The notes below the pieces were generated by a model. That model saw only the letters and a list, made by a program, of their open reading frames with translations, did no database searches and was not told where the DNA came from. Both the position numbers and the translations under genes were made by a program. A DNA stretch of 63,873 nucleotides, the filler included, from Octopus bimaculoides (taxonomy: Eukaryota): the NCBI RefSeq assembly GCF_001194135.2. It is 7 parts of 7 records of this genome, joined end to end, with 100 filler letters (N's around TTAATTAATTAA, not from the genome) between each part and the next. Parts side by side here need not be neighbours in the genome. Positions count along the whole stretch, not along the records: positions 49,381 to 62,371 come from NC_068982.1; positions 62,472 to 63,873 come from NC_068989.1; 5 more parts are not named here. The stretch is one strand, 5' to 3'. How positions within the stretch are numbered: position 1 is the first letter of the stretch; the number at the start of each line of letters is the position of its first letter. Of this stretch, positions 60,578-63,873 are shown one piece after another.

Positions 60578-60829
60578 CACTACTATTATTATCATTATTA
60601 TTATTATTATTATTATTATTAGTAGTAGTAGTAGTACTAGTCATCTTTTTTTTATCACGTGCTTTCACTGTACTAGTGAAACTGTGTGTGCCTTGGGTAC
60701 GTGCTGTCGCTTGTTTTGATTGTTCTTTTTTATTGCATTGAAAGTGCTTTATGTAGGATGTGTGCAGTGCTTATCATCATTGCTGTTGTTATTGTTACGT
60801 GTGTTCTCACTGTGCAATTGAGTGAATCT

Positions 60830-61115
60830 TTCTGGTTTTACAGTGTAAGCATGGCTGCTCCATTAGTAACGTGCACATAAGAAAAACAGAGCAGTGATCC
60901 GATTTCTTGGGCGGTGTGTCATGTGCCGAAATTCATCGGAGGCTTTTACCACAATACGGGCACAGTGCACTATCATGTAGAAGGGCATATGAGTGGATTG
61001 AGAAGTTTAAAAGTCACTGGACAAGTGTGACGCATGAAGAGGGAGCAGGATGCCCATCAACCTGCACCACTGATGAAAAAATTCAGCAAGCTTGAGAGAT
61101 GGTAATGGAGAAGTA
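60830..61115 (+). mobile_element. mariner transposase 5' fragment (HTH)
   Basis: MAAPLVTCT...GVSCAEIHRRLLPQYGHSAL..RRAYEWIEKFK...TSVTHEEGAGCPST. Confidence 0.85.
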
Positions 61116-61124
61116 GGCCACTAT

Positions 61125-61339
61125 TATCATCTCTCGGATGACTGCTCTTTGGTGTACATTGCTAGTGGAGTGACGATGCTTACACTGTAAAACTGGAAAG
61201 AAAAATGGTGTGATCAGGCTCAAATTTCTATCAGGTGACCACAATAGTTCCAACTATAAGCATGCATGCACAGAAGGCAGTGTGGTAATAATAAAGATAT
61301 GTTATGGTGAAAGTTTGGATAATTTTTGACTTCCACTTG
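61125..61339 (-). mobile_element. mariner 5' end (TIR, 5' UTR and first codons), facing the previous fragment
   Basis: TA|CAAGTGGAAGTCAAAAATTATCC on the minus strand; TTTCCAGTTTTACAGTGTAAGCAT..CTCCA.TAG matches 60830-60900. Confidence 0.65.
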
Positions 61340-62079
61340 TATATATATATGCACACATGCACATACACACATATACACTGACATTTCTATGTGTGCACAG
61401 GCAATCTCTACAGAGATTATATTTAAGTTGGGCATGTTAAATGTAATTATAAATTCATATATTTCAATCAACACTACTTCAAGTACTGCTAGTTAATTAA
61501 TTCCAGCTTGACTAAGATTTGTGCACATCAGTAAATGTACTATTTGTTGCTTAATTACAGGAACAGTTGTTTTTAAGTGGGCTATAAAGGACAGATTTGG
61601 CGTCTGTAGTTGATGAAGTGTAATGATGAAGAAATGCATGTGTTGTATAGTCTGATTACATTTGCCTTAGACCATCGATGTATTTTCAAATATATGGTCT
61701 ATAAAGAAAATTGTTTTCCCCAAACAGCTTCTGCTGCAAAAGTCCTTCCACGTCTGAATATGTACAAACATGTTAAATATAAGTGTACACACATATATTC
61801 TAATTAATGTTGCTTCAGGCTTGTCTAGTTAATATACTTATTACCTTCATCATTCAATGTCCGTTCTCCATGCTGGCATGAGTTAGATGGTTTGGCTGGA
61901 GGTGGAGAGCTGCACCAAGCGCCAGCGATCTGTTTTCGCTTGGTTTCTCCAGCTGGATGCTTTTCCTAATGCCAACTATTTTATAGAGTATGTATGTGTG
62001 TGTGTGTGTACATATATATATATATCATTATGGTTTAATGCCCACCTTCCATGCTGGCATATATATGCCCTGGATGCTG

Positions 62080-62360
62080 TGACTAAAGCCTTGTGAGTGG
62101 ATTTGGTAGACGGAAACTGAAGGAAGCCCATCGTATATATGTATTTGTGTGTGTATATGTTTGTGTATCTGTGTTTGTTTCCCCAACATCGTTTGGCAAC
62201 TGATGCTGGTGTGTTTACGTCCCTGTAACTTAGCAGTTCGGCAAAAGAGACAGATAGAATAAGTACTAGGCTTCCAAAGAATAAATCTTGGGGTCAATTT
62301 GCTCGACTAAAGATGGTACTCCGGCATGGCCACAGTCAAATGACTGAAACAAGTAAAAGT
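62080..62360 (+). mobile_element. SINE family 1 copy lacking the head
   Basis: ACTAAAGCCTTGTGAGTGGATTTGGTAGACGGAAACTGA...(TA/TG)n...ACAGTCAAATGACTGAAACAAGTAAAAG. Confidence 0.9.
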
Positions 62361-62371
62361 ATATATGTATA

Positions 62372-62471
62372 NNNNNNNNNNNNNNNNNNNNNNNNNNNNN
62401 NNNNNNNNNNNNNNNTTAATTAATTAANNNNNNNNNNNNNNNNNNNNNNNNNNNNNNNNNNNNNNNNNNNN
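62372..62471. other. Artificial scaffold linker 6
   Basis: 44N-TTAATTAATTAA-44N. Confidence 0.97.
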
Positions 62472-62519
62472 ATATATATAATATGTATGCATATGCGTTT
62501 ACGTATATTTCTATTATTA

Positions 62520-62562
<43 letters not shown>

Positions 62563-63873
62563 AAACAATGATTCATGTGACATGAGAAGTCATGTGATGT
62601 CAAAGAGATAATGATAGTGAAAGTAGATTTACTGCGTGATTATTGTTGGTTGTGGCTGTGAAGTAATGAAAACATAGAGATGAAGTTGTTATTGGTATGT
62701 ACTGGAATAGGAAATCAATAGAGATTATGGTGGTGGTGGTGGTGACGGCGTCAGTAGAGATTGTTGCGGTGGCAGGTTGGTCACTGCGTTAATATTAATG
62801 ATGCTGCTAGTGACGTTTGGAGCTATTGTTGTTGCTGACAGCAACGACGTTGATGACGGCAGTCGTGAAAACTGAAGGTGGTAATGGCGGCGCTGGAGTT
62901 TATAGTGATGGCGATGCTGGTGGTCGTCGTCATTGAGGATTACAATGGTGTTGTTGTTGTTGTTGTTGGTGGTGGTGGCGGTGTTTTGAATGTAATGGTG
63001 TTGGTTGTAATCGGATGCTAGAATAGAATTCTCCTGTTTCTGCGGTTGACACAGGAAGAAATATTTGTCGCTATAATAATGCAGGTAATTGGTCCGATAC
63101 GGCCATGATTCGGAATAAGGATTGAGAAAAATGGATACTCTCCTCTTCCTCACTCCCTCTCTCTCTCCCCTTATCCTCTTTTAGTTCTGATATACTCTCA
63201 CATTCTCTCTCCCCTTTTCTGCATGTTTCGTGATTATTCGACCGTAAACCATTATTATATTCTCTGTTCCTTCGGCTTCTAGTAGCTTGTGTGATAATCG
63301 TAAAATGTCTAACGCATGTGATATAGTAAAGCTACCTAAGGAGAACAATAAAGTTGCTATATCAAGCAAGGCAGTATTTTATAGAGACATTTCTCAGCTT
63401 TATCCTGTGTTTCTTATATTAAACATGCTGCTACATGACTATATAAAACCTTTGTACTCTAGAGAATTTCTCTCACTATATAACCTCTGCGTCACTATAT
63501 AGACATAGCCACTTGTGTGTGTGCGTGACTGTATGTGTGTTTGTGTGTGTATGTATGTTTGTATGCTTAACCAAATATAAATGTGTTTAATTTCATACTT
63601 CGGTTTCATCTAAGATTCTTTGCCAATTATCTGCGGATTCAATAGATGTGCAACACACACACAAACAGACACACACACACACAAATATATATGTAATTAA
63701 TGTACATTTATACACAAAAGAGGTGATCCAAACAGAAGACTTTACATGAACCTCTTTCTTGTATAAATGTATACTAAGTTTATATGAATAGTATGCTGCC
63801 TATTGGCTATTTTATACATACTAGCTACATGTAGAAAATTTCTCTAATTTTCCTACCCTATATATATATATAT

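Overview
AT-rich, intron- and repeat-dominated animal genomic DNA. The SINE, MITE and microsatellite repertoire looks like that of an octopod cephalopod draft assembly (inference, not verified by search). The window is NOT one contiguous locus: six identical 100-bp linkers (44 N + TTAATTAATTAA + 44 N) join seven independent pieces (1-20598, 20699-25313, 25414-29198, 29299-31802, 31903-49280, 49381-62371, 62472-63873). Only one host coding segment is supportable: a ~1.6-kb terminal exon (17206-15591, minus strand) of a Ser/Thr-rich protein whose C-terminus resembles Slingshot phosphatases. The rest is decayed Tc1/mariner, maT, hAT, Penelope-like, RTE, CR1-like and R4/Dong-like (RLE) fragments, at least four SINE-like families, piggyBac- and hAT-type MITEs with TSDs, and dense microsatellites. 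The most interesting signal is a four-copy element carrying a minimal Penelope-type hammerhead ribozyme motif. One copy has a tRNA-like Pol III head and lies directly behind a Penelope GIY-YIG remnant. Other notable signals are a 1.5-kb fold-back Tc1 built from two transposase 3' halves, a near-perfect 170-bp-arm hairpin, and R4/Dong-like ends in (TAA)n tracts. No prokaryotic genes, CRISPR arrays, rRNA or true tRNA genes were seen. Family names come from recalled motifs, and many repeat boundaries are approximate.
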